Assembly: GCA_008632985.1 (NCBI GenBank)
Contig: QPGO01000085.1
Coordinates: forward strand, 248,001-312,000
Source of the DNA: Psammoneis japonica
Taxonomy: Eukaryota
DNA: 64,000 bases
Direction of reading: 5' to 3'
This document shows positions 11,431-23,649 of the stretch, one piece after another. The position numbers and the translations under genes are program-made. Below the pieces are notes generated by a model. The model saw only the letters and a list, made by a program, of their open reading frames with translations. It searched no databases and had not been told where the DNA came from. How positions within the stretch are numbered: position 1 is the first letter of the stretch; every line of letters begins with the position of its first letter.

Positions 11431-14400
11431 CATTGAGCTGCAGCCCAATCATTGTTGAGGCAGAGGTTCTGTCTGAGTTTCCTCCACATGGACTTGGCAT
11501 CCTGACAATCAACTCAAGGTCTTTTGCAAGGCAGCTGATCTTGTGGTCTCACAGCCATGTGGCAAAAAAGCAACAAACTTTCAGGTTGCTTTTTGCAAAA
11601 CACAAGATGCTTTGTTGGTTTGACCGTCATGAAAGCAGCTGATGAAAAAAATGTCACGTGCACTGGGCTGATCAAATCTGGGGCCATTCAACTCAAAAGC
11701 ACTGCACCCACAGTGCCCTCTCCAGGCAATCATGAAACTCTTTTTTAGCTTGGTCTCAAGAAGTGGTCACAGTTGATGGCAGCTTTGCTTGTGCTTCTGC
11801 TGCTGTCAAGCAGTGCCACCGCCATTGGTTGTTGTTTTTGGCACAGATTGCTTGGCTTGCTCAAAGCAAGCACTGCCACTGTGCACACAGCATTGTGGTG
11901 TTTTGGCATGAGTGCATGGAATCAACTTCAACTTGTGCACAACTGAAAATCTCAATGAACTGTCTGGAAAATTGCTGACCTCAAATGTTTCTAAAATTTT
12001 TTTGGCTCAGCCAAGACATCTGCTGGGGAATTTGTGATCCCATCAACTGTTTCTGTGCAGCAATGTCATCACAAGAATGCATTGGTGTAATTTGGAGCAC
12101 ATTTCTCAGCTGCCCTTTTGTTCATGGACTTGCTTGAGCAACAGGAAACAGAGTGAGTTCCAAATGGCAAGCTTTTTTGAGAGCAAAAGCAAAGAGAGCC
12201 AAGTTGGCATTTTTGCGCCTGTGCAGATGCTGCAAAGTTTGACAGCGTGTGACATCAAAGACAAGCACACCAGCTGTTGGAGCACCCAGATTGCTTGAAT
12301 GCAGAGAACCTGGATGTGTTGAAGAGAGAATGTTGAAAATCCTGAAATGGCAGAATTGGCAACTCTTTGTGCCCAGAATTTCATCATCACCAGCCTCACT
12401 CACCCCACAGTTTGTCTCGCTCTTTAGAGGAGTGCAAGTCATCTGGTTCACACAAGCTGCACTGTGGCATCACTGGGTGCCTGATGCATTGTGAGCTTGA
12501 AATTTGTGTCAACAACTTCTAGGCAAACCACAGCTGCCAAAGCAACCAAGGCAAGTGTGACAAGTGGCACAGCCAGGAGGGAGCCTTGCAGGATTGCCAT
12601 TTGGCAACAATGACTTGCTGGTTCAACACCAGCTGGCCAGCAGAAGCTGCTGTGTGAGAAAAGTGGTGCAGCCAGTGACAGCCATCTTGTCTCTTCTCAA
12701 CTCATCATTTTGTGCTTCTGCTGCAATGCAGTGCACTCTCTTGCATGGTTTTTGAGCAGGGCTGTCACATGTGCAGCCTGGCTGCCTTTTGGTGCAGAGA
12801 AGCACACTGTGGGAGGAGGCCTTGCTTTTTGCTTGCGCTGACTCAAGCTGAAGCTCACAAACCCAGTGGCTCTGCTTTGTCACCACATGCTCTTGGTGTG
12901 CACACTGACAGGAGAAGAACCAAAGCTTCCCCCCTTTAAAAAAAGCTTCTTTTTGTTGCTTTTTTAATTTGTGTGATGGCATGATGACTGCACATTTTTT
13001 CAAATGCAGGCACCGGGCCCACAGAGAGCTGACCTTTCTGATGACCTCCTCAGCTCTTGACTTGTGTCACAGAGACTGCCATGTTTGCCAATCATTGTGT
13101 GGCTGCACCCAGCTGAACAAGGCCAGCGACCTGGCTCTTCGAGTGGCAGCAGGTTGCGTGCCATTTCAGGAGCATCAGAGCATGGCAACATTGCAAAGCT
13201 CATCCCCCAAAATCTGAGCCACAAGTGGGAGAGCTCATCAGGAAAAGTGAAAGACACAGTCACAAGGTTTGTCATCATTGCCAAGTGATGACAGTCAAGA
13301 GGAAAACCCCTGTCAGGTGCACTTCAAGGAAGAAATCAAAAAAGTCCAAACAAAGAACCTGGTTGACTTCTCCTCTTGGACAAAGTTGTGCCTGATGAAC
13401 TTGACTGCATCTCCAATTTCCAAGACATTTCTGAGCAGGCCACAGACACAATGCCAGCTGAGAAGGAGGAAAGCTCCACATTTGAGAGGTCAGTTGACAG
13501 CTCAGGCACTGCCTTCTGGCTGCACACACTCTGAAAAATTTGCACAGGACAAACACTCAAGACCATTCCTTTGATGTGGACAAGCAAGACAACAAGCTGT
13601 GGGCTTTGTGGCAAGAAATTGTGCATCCTTCTGCCACATGCTCAACCACATTGCCTGCCAAGATCTGAGCCACACAGCAGCTCCAAGGTGAGCAAGTGTG
13701 TTCTCAATGTTGGTGCATGTGCCAAGGAAAAGAAGAAGAGGAGGGCTTTGGGAAGCAGAGGGCACAGTGGTCATGCTGGCAACAACAACAACAATCATGT
13801 GCGGCCAAGAATCAAGAAGATGGTGCACACCAATTGCAGTGACAAACTCATTGTCAAAATGCTTGGCTCCATGGATCTCCAGTGCAATGACAAGACAAAG
13901 ATTTGCTGCCAAGCTCAGTCCAGCAGCACAGGCTGCTCCGCCCCCAGAGTGAAGTGCAAAGTCCAATGAAGCCTTCATTCAAGTGTGCCAAATGAGCCAA
14001 ATGATGAGTGGCAGAGCCAATGCAGAGCCTGCGGTGGCTGGAGAGCAGTGGTCTTCAAGTTCATTTGAGGCAACAAAGATGGGGGGCTGGCAGACCAGCC
14101 ATCACCACCAAAGCTTTCTTGGAGACACTGAAGAGTTTTGCAAATGCTGTGGCAAAAACAAAGTCACAAAGCCTTTGCCATCTCTTGTCAAGACGCACAC
14201 CAGTTGAAAATGAAGCAGCAGCTGGCCACTGGTCCTGTTGATGACAACTGCCAGACCACCTTTTGTGCCCCACTGCAAAGAGACTCTGCTGACAGTGTTC
14301 AGCACAATCTTGGGGGTGCCACAAATGAGGGAGAAGCAGAGGGGTCCAGTTGGAGTCAAGTTTGGCATGGCAAAGGCAGACATGATGGAAGGGGGAGACA

Positions 14401-14849
14401 AAAAACTCTTTGTGACAGTTGCTGGTGGTGGCCCAAAATGGGGCAATGGGGCAAGAGCAGGGGCAGTGCTTGCTGGCAGCAATGGCAGTTGTTGTGTCCA
14501 GGATCTGTGCCAGACATTGTGGCTTGTTGCACAGTGCCCACAGGAAATGAGCACATTTGCGTGACTGCTGCCATTTGGCAGCAAAGGGTGGTGCACTGCA
14601 GCTGCTGCACAATGCCAAATGCCAGATTGTGTTGCATCAAGTTGTGTCACACACTCTGTTGTGTGTTTTTAAACTGGGATGTGGCTTTTCCTCACTGCCA
14701 GCAAGACAATCATCTGCCTCTGCTGCCTCTTGTGCATGGCAAGAATTGTTGGTGCTGGTCATTGCAAGTCATCTTCCTCCTCCTCCTTCAGAGAGGCAGG
14801 AGCCAAAGGAAAATGCACAGCCTGGAACATGGAAAATGGCAACAAAACA

Positions 14850-15810
14850 AACAAGCCATTGCAGGGGTGACACTGTCAAGAGCCTCAAGGTGACACTTGA
14901 GCCATTGGGTGCTTCCATGTTGCTTTGAGCACACCTTGCAGTGGCCAAACACCAGCTCAGTCAGATTTGGGTCATGGCTGTGTGGGGCAGTGCAGATGAT
15001 GGTGCCCGCCCCATTGGCTTCAATTGCGTCAACAACGGTGCAGCCAGAGTGGTGAGTTGATGCAATGTCAAGCACCACAATGGACTTTGGCTCACTCTTG
15101 CTGTGGTTGCCAAGGAACGGAGCAAGCTTCTCTTCCACCCATGACTCAAACCGTTCCTGACACACAGCTCCAATGGGGGGACTTTTCTCTTCATCTGTGT
15201 TGAGCTGCCCCGCTCAATGACATCACATGCTTCCTTTGCAAAGTTGTTGGTCTCACAAGGAGCAGCAAGCAACAAATTCTGAGTGCATTTGTCTGCTTCA
15301 AAGGATGTCAACCAAGAAACAAGATTTTGCCTCTTTTTGACCATCAACAATGACTCCTTGTGTGCTTCACTTCAATCCTTCCAGTTGGATTCATCCAAGA
15401 ATGTCAGCACACCCAGCTTGTGAGCTGCAGTTTGCAAAGCATTGAGACACCTCTGTCTTCCTTGTCCATTTTGATTGCCTTGTCAGGCATGACTTGGAGT
15501 GAGCACACCACATGCTTTCCAAGTTTCTCTCACACCTGACTTGGACTTCCCTTCTTGTCAGCTGCCTTCTCACTCATTCTTGGCATCAGCTCATCCAAAC
15601 ACAACCCAGGTTCCTCATCTTTAACATTTTTCAAGAGTTTGGTGTGTCATGTCATCCACAAACATGGCATTGATTTTGTCCAGTGTGATGTCTTGTTGTC
15701 CAATCATCAGCCTTTCAGCTGGAGTCTCACAATGCAGAAGAAGATGATGGCTGAAGCACCCCTGACTTTTGGTGTCCCAAGAAAGATGGAGCTTGCACTT
15801 GCTCAGCACT
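14850..15810 (-). pseudogene. Decayed IS630/Tc1-mariner (DDE_3) transposase
   Basis: RFESWVEEKLAPFLGNHSKSEPKSIVVLDIASTHH...IICTAPHSHDPNLTELVFGHCK corresponds to ...VLDNASxH...YxxPYSPDLNPIE..F; upstream PGLCLDEL resembles the PxLYLDEL HTH. Confidence 0.85.
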
Positions 15811-17258
15811 GATGCAGGTTGGAGTGCTTCATTTGTGCACTGGCTTCAACTCAAGCAATGTCTGGACACTCAATCTAATCAGAACAAATGAGATGGCAGC
15901 CAGTTGAAAACTGCGCCTGTTGCAATGACACACTGCTTGCCCAGTCTTCACAGCGTGGGGGCGGGGTTGCTGATTTTTTCCAAGTGCACAGTGGTTTCAC
16001 ATGACACACAAAAGGTGAGTGTCAGACTGCAGGTGTTGCAGGTGAAAAGTGCACAATGGCACAAACAAATCATTTGAACAGGCTTCAGGAATGACAGTGG
16101 CCAACTTCTTGTGAGTCAGTTTTCACCATTTCTTGTTCTTGATGTGCACCCCCACATTGCTTTTTTGTGCTGCAGATTGATGCAAGTGCAGCCACAAAAT
16201 GCCCCTGCACATCTCTGAGGTTTGCTTGGCCCTTGAGAAATGATGCGCCAAATTGCCAAAGAGGCAGCAAGAGTGATGTGATGTGTCATGCTGTGAACGA
16301 AAAAAAAAACAATTTTTTGCACTCCTTGTCTGCGCGCGCACTTGTGTTTTCTGTTTTTCACAGAAGAACAATGCACCGTGCACACTGCACAGTGGCCACC
16401 CACTGACACAAAGCAATGTGAAAGGGGACAAGCATGGTTGAGCAGGAGTGGTGCCTGGTGGTGTGCTCCAGCTCTGGGTGGGACATCCTTGCAGCCACCG
16501 CTGAGCTGTGGTGACATTGACAGTTTTTTGTCCCATGACTTTGGCAGAATTTTGTGCTGTTTGTTTGTGGTGCAATCAACGGGTGATCCACTCAACAGCT
16601 TTTGACACTTTTTTCTTTAGCGCCTTTGTGAAATGTCTTGAGGGTGGTGCAGGGCACGAGAATTTCCAAAAACCTCGACTGTGAATGACAGGTGCAAAGT
16701 GCATTGCAAACTTGGCTGGTCGTTTGTTTGAGTGCCAAAGAGACATGCTGTGTGTGCTGCATTGGCCAGAGAATGAGCTGCAGAGCTTGTGTGCAGAACT
16801 CGGTGTGCCCACGTCACATGGAGTCTGACCTTGGGCAGGAGCACACACATGGCATGCCTTTGTTTTCTTGGCAGCACTTTTTTGTGTGCTGAAAGGAGAG
16901 ACAAAGAAGATGCCTCTCCCAGAGCCAAGTCTCTCTAAGTTGGGAATCATGTGTGGGGCTCTGAGGAAATCAATGTCATCGAAAATCGAGCACAAATTGG
17001 TGTGACATGCACTGTCCCAGAACACAATTGTTGTCTCCGAACCTCTTCGCTCAGAGTGTTGCTCCCTGTTTGCGCCCCCGCCCATCGGCCGTGCCTGCGC
17101 CTGGCTGGCTGCGTGCACCCCTGCGTCAGTGGCACCATGGGATGTGGTTGTGTGTGATGTGTGATGATGTCATCACAGGCATTGAGAAGAGAATGTTCGC
17201 ACCAAGGCAAGTGCACATGCATGCATGAGCAATCTCCTGCATCCCACAGCACCCCTGA

Positions 17259-18587
17259 GGCACGTTCCCACCCTGACAATTTCGGCCGCAAAACAAACAC
17301 AATTTGGCCAAATTTGCGCATTTTCGGGCGTCAGGCTGGGAACGAATTCGATCGGCAAAAAAGATCAAAATCTCATGTCGAGCTCGGTGAGGACACCACT
17401 GTGCAACACTGTTCACACTGCCACTCTCTAGCAGCAGTGGCTCCAGCAGAGCTGCCAGCTAGAGAGACACCACAACATTGTCAGGGACAATCGTTGTCCA
17501 TTTTGCGATTGCTCTGTGGCAACCCAAGACCAATGACAACACCAGTGAAGGTCAGAAGAAATGCGCCAACATTCAATCCTCCATCAATGGCAAGAGTTGC
17601 ACGAGAGAGCAGAAAAAAGCACGAAACATTGGCATGCAGCAAGACTGCAGCATGCAAAACTGTTAAATGAAATTTCCACAGAATGTGAGGTGCCAAAAGA
17701 CACTGTTCTTAAAACTCTTGCGGTTCACCAATGGCCTGAATCCATTTCAAAGAGCAAGAGAAGGGCTGCAGACAATGGAGCAAGGCACTGTGAGGCACAA
17801 TGCCGACAATGTTGTGCAAAACATTGACCCCCCCACCAGCATCATTGTCCCAACATGCGACAAGATTGATGAAATGAGTTCACACAGCCTTCTTCACAGT
17901 CACATTCTATCACAACGGAGCACAAGCCTTGCTGTTGTTGTCGACGTGACCAAAATTCTTGTGTTCTTGACTCTTGACAGTCCATCAAGTGACAACCTCA
18001 AGCATGCACCAAAGAACCACCTCAATGCAACATCAGATCACATGTTGCCATGAAGATTCGGCCTCAAGTCTGCAGACGTGTGGTTTGTGAAGAATCCCAA
18101 CGCAAAATCTGAACAAGAGAAACAAAGACATCAAAAATGCCATCAGTCGACACGGTCGTCATCAGCCACAACAACAATGAAAAATCAAAATTCTGACAAC
18201 TTGATCGCATCAAGCGCAGTGTTGTTAACCTGTCTCCATGTTGTTGCCTTCGTAGACAGGACGGTCGTTCGTGTGTGAACGGGTCCGTTCATGGCAGCAG
18301 CCATCATGGTTGTTGTTGTGCGATCGGAGCGGAGAAAGAAAAATGGAGCTTGTGACGTGGCACGTTCGAGCTCCCAAAACGCCGAATTTACCGTGAAAAT
18401 TGTGTTTGCGGGAGAGAATTTACGACTGCCGACACCTGTCGTCGTAATTTGCTGACGATTGCGGCTGTAAATTGAAGGATGGAAAACAGACGTGCGATTT
18501 TTCTTGTGCGAGACTTTCTGCAGGAATTTTGTGTAGAACGAAATTGTGTTTGTTTTACGGCCGAAATTGTCGGGGTGGGAACGTGCC
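17259..18587. mobile_element. Non-autonomous PIF/Harbinger-like element with ~47-bp TIRs and mutated TAA TSD
   Basis: TIR GGCACGTTCCCACCC[T/C]GACAATTTCGGCCG[C/T]AAAACAAACACAATTT at 17259-17305, inverted at 18541-18587; flanks TGA and CAA; homologous empty site reads TAA (20538-20540, minus strand). Confidence 0.85.
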
Positions 18588-19599
18588 CAAATCTCGAGCC
18601 GCCTCGAAGGGACCCCACCAATTGAGCACTTTTGGTGCTCTGCAGCGCCGCGAAAAAAGCACGCGTCCCAGCAACCTCACCATGATGCTTTCAGAATGTT
18701 CATCCCCTCCCACTTCCGACGAAGAAGCGACCGACGGCACTGATGTTGTTGACCCCACTGCAACAGGTGATGTTGTTGAAATTGCCATCGCAAGCCTGTT
18801 GCTTTCGAAATTATGCCTCATTTGCTGACACTCTGTTTTTTCAGCTCCACCACCTGCCAAAGCTTCTGGCATGAATGACAATGCCGCTTCTGCCTTTCCC
18901 GCATCTGCCACGCCCGAAACGTTTCCTAACCCGACTGGCACAAGAGGCAATGATGTCGCTTTGTCTCTCATTGGCCCCAAACTGACGAAATTGTTTGGCA
19001 CCAACTAACATCATTTTCACGTTGCTGCACAGTGCCTGCCACTCATTCTGTCACCAACACCAACGCAATGACCAATGTTCCAGCGGATGACACCCCCTGT
19101 GCCTTTCCTGCTGTGCCCGGTCCACATCAGGCAATGACACATGTGTCATGCATTGCTGTTGTGCACCAAAAATGCCAACAGCACTGTTGCACTGTCTCAC
19201 GCCATTTTTGCTCATGCTCCACAGTGCATGCCACTGCTTCTGTTGCGAACACCATTGACGCATCGGCTTCCCTTGGCGACTTTGCCACGCCCAATGTTGC
19301 GGCCCAGGTCGGTGTTCCACCCATTGTGTCTGAATCACAGCAGACTTGTGATCCGGAAGACTTGCACTTCCTGTCTCCCGATCCAGTTCCTGCCGCCCAA
19401 TCCCCGACCCGCAACTGGGCGTCTCCTGTGACAGAGTCCCCTGAGAGGCTCGCTCCCGCCACATTGCGCGACATCATTCATGGCTCTGATGGGCGAAAGC
19501 GTCATGCTTCTAAGCTTCGTGATCATCGCAAAACGAAAAAGACCAAGGCCAACACCAAGGTGAAACCAAAGGATGAGCCATGGTTGTGCTGCAGGGAGG

Positions 19600-19830
19600 C
19601 TCTGTGCATTGATTTCCGGCACTGGTCGGAGCCAAGCGACAGCAAGGGGACTGCGGCAAGGACAACACTGCGAGTGCAAACTCCAACAACATCTCGAACA
19701 AGCGATTTGCCACCACCTGCAGGTCGGACCAGCAGATGAGGTCTGGCAGAACATTTGCAAGAAGACTCAATTGAGCTGGACCCAACCGCGGTCTGCCAAC
19801 CATGTGGATGCTTGCCAAAGACGTCGACAG
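19600..19830 (-). pseudogene. RecQ-like SF2 helicase N-terminal fragment
   Basis: LLVRPAGGGKSLV (motif I, PTGGGKS-like) and VPLLSLGSDQ (motif Ia), preceded by PHGWQ (Q-motif-like). Confidence 0.65.
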
Positions 19831-21426
19831 ACACAGTGTCGAAAGCTTGGGAGGCACAGGTCGAAAATGGGTTGTGGCCCGCTGTGGTGCAAGCAGTGGC
19901 ATGCACTGTGGAGCATGAGTGAAAATGGCGTGAGATGGTGCAACAGCACTGTTGGCATTTTTGGCACACAACAGCAATGCATGATGCGTGTGTCATCAAC
20001 TGATGGACCGGGCGCAGCAGGAAAGGCACCGGGGGTGCCATCCGCCGCAGCGTTGGTCATTGCGTTGGTGTTGGTGATGGAACAAGTGGCAGGCGCTGCG
20101 CAGCCACAGAAAAAAGGTGTCAGTTGGTGCCAAACAATTTCGTCAGTGTCAGGCCAATGAGAGACAAAGCAACACAATCACCTGTTGCGCCAGTCGGGTC
20201 AGGAAAGGTTCCGGGTGTGGCAGCTGCGGGAAAGGCAGAAGTGGCGTTGTCATTCATGCCAGAAGCTTCAGCAGGCGGTGGAGCTGAAAAAACAGAGTGT
20301 CAGCAAATGAGGTGTCATTTCGGAAGCAACAGGGCTGCGACGGCAATTTCAACAACGTCACCTGTTGCAGTGGGGCAAATGTCATCAGCACCGTCGGTCA
20401 CTTCTTCATCAGAAGTGGGAGGGGACGAACATTCTGAAAGCATCATGGTGAGGTTGTTGTGCCGCGTGCTTTTTTCGCGGTAAAGAGATGGCTGAAAACT
20501 GGTCAATTGGTGGGGTCCCTTCGAGGCGGCTCGAGATTTAGGGGAGAGCATGGTTCGGGATTTTTCCTGCAACTATCAGCATTTGTGTACAAATGTAATT
20601 GTCTTTACATTTATACAAATATAAAAATGCCATGACGTGAGCATACATCACCATGACATCACCAACCATACTCTCCACTGACGCAGGGGTGGCCTGCGCG
20701 CAGCTGCCAGTCTTGGGCGCCAGAAGCACATGCGGCAATGTTTCATAAGAATCCGGTACTGATTCGTGAAAGCCACGACACGACTGAAGGCAGAAATCGC
20801 CGCAAAACGCAAGTCACACGTCACAAAGTGTCGCTAATGTGTCCTAGAGACATAGATTACGATTAGAATGTGTCTTCTCTACATGAGTTGCGTAGAACGA
20901 AAACTCCTTTCTTCGGAGGAACTTGTGAAGTCAGAAACTGTGCGCACTGACGGTCGAAGTGCATCAGGGGTGTCAAAAGTAGAATTCTACACAGTCAGTA
21001 TGGAGTGAGGCACGAAAACCCCAGCTCAGTGAACCTAACACGTCATTTATTTAGGGCAGATGTCTCGTCACACGCAAGAAGGCTGCCGACGATGCCAAAA
21101 TCGCCCATAAGTGACAAACAGCTGCACCAGCTGACGCAAAATTATGAGCCAATCAAAACACGCCGAACTGAATTTGCGCTGAATGGATGGCCGTCAGCAT
21201 TTTACGATTAACGTGTAGAATCCTACCACGTACGAGACCTATTGCCTATTTATCCGAGTGTTTCTGACACCAGCGAACACTGCCGGAAGTTTCTCCTCTG
21301 CCGTCGTACATTGCTGCGGGAAAATAGTAGGTCGGCCACCTCAGCCACTGAAAGCAGACTGGAAGACACCATTCTGCTCACAAAAAGAGTTGACACATCA
21401 TCCATCACAAATTTCTCCGCAAAACA

Positions 21427-23649
21427 ATGACCATATCAGCTCCCCAAGTCCTTGAGCGTATGATTGGCCATGAGGCTCTTCAGCCTCGTATTTCTACTCA
21501 CCTCCCTCAGTCAGTTTCCTGCAAGGAAGATTGCGTAACTCGTCGAAGTGCTGGCATCGCACTCAACGAAATTGGGACCAAGTTGTTTCTCGCGGGACAC
21601 CACGACGATGCAGTTGGTATGTATAACACTGCCTTTCAAGCCCTTAGAGTAAGTGATGCGTCCTACGAATACGACAAGCAGGTTCCTTTTCTTGCTGCTA
21701 GACACGTCGCTTGGGGCAAACAGAAACTTGACGGAGTTGCAACGCAGTCGTATGTTTCCTTCCAAGACCACCCCATGGACACTTACCACGAGGGAGAATG
21801 TGACGTCGGACCAAGACCCTTCAGAAGCCCAAACGCTATTGATTCTTCCGACATCGACTCGACAGACGTCCGATGCCTTGAAGCTATGGTCATGTTCAAC
21901 TGGGCCCTCGTCCACCATGCCAAGTCCGAACTTACCGAAGCCGCAGAAACCTACTCTATCGCGGTGTATTTGATCTCTACGATTCCCATCTCGACGGAAA
22001 ACCCCGATTCAAGCACTAATGAGATTGCAAAGATTGGTATGCATGTCCATAACAATCTCGGACAGATCAAGTATGTTGAGGGTCTCGAGGAAGAAGCGCT
22101 CGGCCACTTTCTTGCTGCCCTTGAATGGTCCAAGTTCTCTACCACCAGTGACAAGGAGTTCGTTTTGGAAACGGCTCAGGTCATGTCGAACTACTGTCGC
22201 GCGCTGTGGACTACAATGAACACAAGCGACGACGCCTACCGTTATTTTGTCAAAGTGTTGAGCTTGCGCTCATCTGTTTTAGAATGGGATCACGTTGATG
22301 TGGCATCTGCTCACTACAACCTGGGGATTATGGAATACTTACGGGGAAACAATGGGAATGCGCAGTATCATTTGGAGCAATTCATCAAGATCAGCAACGA
22401 AAGAAGAAAGAAGGGTCTCGAGCAACTAGATACCATTCCCGCACTTGTGCACATTCTGCTAATCAAAAATGACAGCCAAGGTGACGAGCAATCCTCGGAG
22501 TTGGTCGTGTGTCTTCGTCTTTTCCTTGACAAACGAGAGGAATACGGCATCATTCATTCCGAAGTTGCTACGATTCTGAACTACGTTGGCGCCCTTCTAT
22601 TTCAGCGTAAGGATCTCGACGACGCAATTGAGTTTTACTACGAGGAGCTCCGTGTTGAACAGCACCTACTTGGATCCAACATGAGAAACGATGCGACCCT
22701 CAGTCTGGCTGTGACGATGAACAACATTGGCCGCATTCTACAGGAGCAAGGCAAATACAAGAAGGCTAAGCACTTTTACATTCGAGCTCTTGAAACGGAA
22801 TGTCGAACGAGTGAATGCGGTGCGGCGCTTGTCGCTTCACTTAATGTAGGAAAGACTCCTTCGATTCCCTCGGAAGATGAAAATGGTTCCTTGTCGACTG
22901 CCAACTTGTTTGCAACTATCTGGTACAATCTTGGTCTAATCCACGACCTTACAAATGCACCTAAGGAGGCGATCAAGGCTTTCAAAATGTCACTTGAACT
23001 GCGACGTGCGCTGTTAGGATCAAATCATGCGGACGTTGCCTGTCTGTGGTACAATATTGGCACTCTTCAAATGGAAAACTCGATGCTTTCAGAAGCGTCC
23101 TCGTCTTTGCGGGAGTCTCTTCGCATCCGACGACTCGGTGTTTGCTCCGAACAAAACGACTCGCACATTCTATCGACTCTCAAAAAGCTGGCATCCCTGC
23201 ACCAGAATCGCGGAAGCATTAAAGAAGCTATTGAAGCGTACTCCCAGGTGTTGGAGGTTCAACGTACGAGCAGCGCTACCAGTATGGAGGTTGGTATTAC
23301 CTTGCGTTCCATTGCGGAACTCCAACACGCAGCTGGGGATTTAGATGGGGCTTTGGATACTGCCGCTCAGAGTCTGCAAACCCTCATGTGGTGCCCGTCC
23401 ATGCAAAACGTGGGTTCTCCCGAATACTTGACTTGCGCCGAACACCTTGGATCCATTCTACTTTCCATCGGCAGTATGCACCACGAGAACTGCGATCCAA
23501 ACAAAGCTACTGCGGCGTTCCGAGAGGCAGGTCGAATAATTGGTTCGGCCTGCGATTCTGTTGTTTCAGGTATCCCCCCAACAACTCTTGCGCCTCTTTT
23601 GGATGTCTGCAAAATGTTGGCAAGCTCAAACTGCGCACCAGAAGCATAA
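21427..23649 (+). CDS. TPR-repeat protein (kinesin light chain-like repeats)
   Basis: 740-aa intronless ORF with HVDVASAHYNLG, AVTMNNIGRIL, HADVACLWYNIG repeats. Confidence 0.9.
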   Translation: MTISAPQVLERMIGHEALQPRISTHLPQSVSCKEDCVTRRSAGIALNEIGTKLFLAGHHDDAVGMYNTAFQALRVSDASYEYDKQVPFLAARHVAWGKQKLDGVATQSYVSFQDHPMDTYHEGECDVGPRPFRSPNAIDSSDIDSTDVRCLEAMVMFNWALVHHAKSELTEAAETYSIAVYLISTIPISTENPDSSTNEIAKIGMHVHNNLGQIKYVEGLEEEALGHFLAALEWSKFSTTSDKEFVLETAQVMSNYCRALWTTMNTSDDAYRYFVKVLSLRSSVLEWDHVDVASAHYNLGIMEYLRGNNGNAQYHLEQFIKISNERRKKGLEQLDTIPALVHILLIKNDSQGDEQSSELVVCLRLFLDKREEYGIIHSEVATILNYVGALLFQRKDLDDAIEFYYEELRVEQHLLGSNMRNDATLSLAVTMNNIGRILQEQGKYKKAKHFYIRALETECRTSECGAALVASLNVGKTPSIPSEDENGSLSTANLFATIWYNLGLIHDLTNAPKEAIKAFKMSLELRRALLGSNHADVACLWYNIGTLQMENSMLSEASSSLRESLRIRRLGVCSEQNDSHILSTLKKLASLHQNRGSIKEAIEAYSQVLEVQRTSSATSMEVGITLRSIAELQHAAGDLDGALDTAAQSLQTLMWCPSMQNVGSPEYLTCAEHLGSILLSIGSMHHENCDPNKATAAFREAGRIIGSACDSVVSGIPPTTLAPLLDVCKMLASSNCAPEA

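Larger units (their letters stand above)
10870..20544. other. Hypermutated (TpA- and CpG-depleted) repeat domain 1
   Basis: By eye there is no TpA between ~12967 and ~14669; TG/CA excess; Tyr-free, Cys/His-rich ORFs in all six frames. Confidence 0.9.
17252..20544. mobile_element. Foldback-type element with ~650-bp inverted arms (18588-19239 / 19891-20544), left terminus interrupted by the Harbinger-like insertion
   Basis: Arms align as reverse complements from atctcgagccgcctcgaagggaccccaccaattg to acagtgcatgccactgctt; mirror-image ORFs 18555-19004(-) and 20124-20483(+). Confidence 0.8.

Noticed and set aside
10880..20480. Dozens of overlapping Cys/His-rich ORFs in all six frames (also 33.2-36.2 kb and 42.3-51.5 kb)
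   Set aside because: By-product of TpA loss: TAA/TAG stops and Tyr codons vanish while TG/CA-containing codons rise. They are not real metal-binding or overlapping genes.
20537..20543. TTTAGGG telomere-like heptamer at the foldback terminus
   Set aside because: Single copy; expected by chance.
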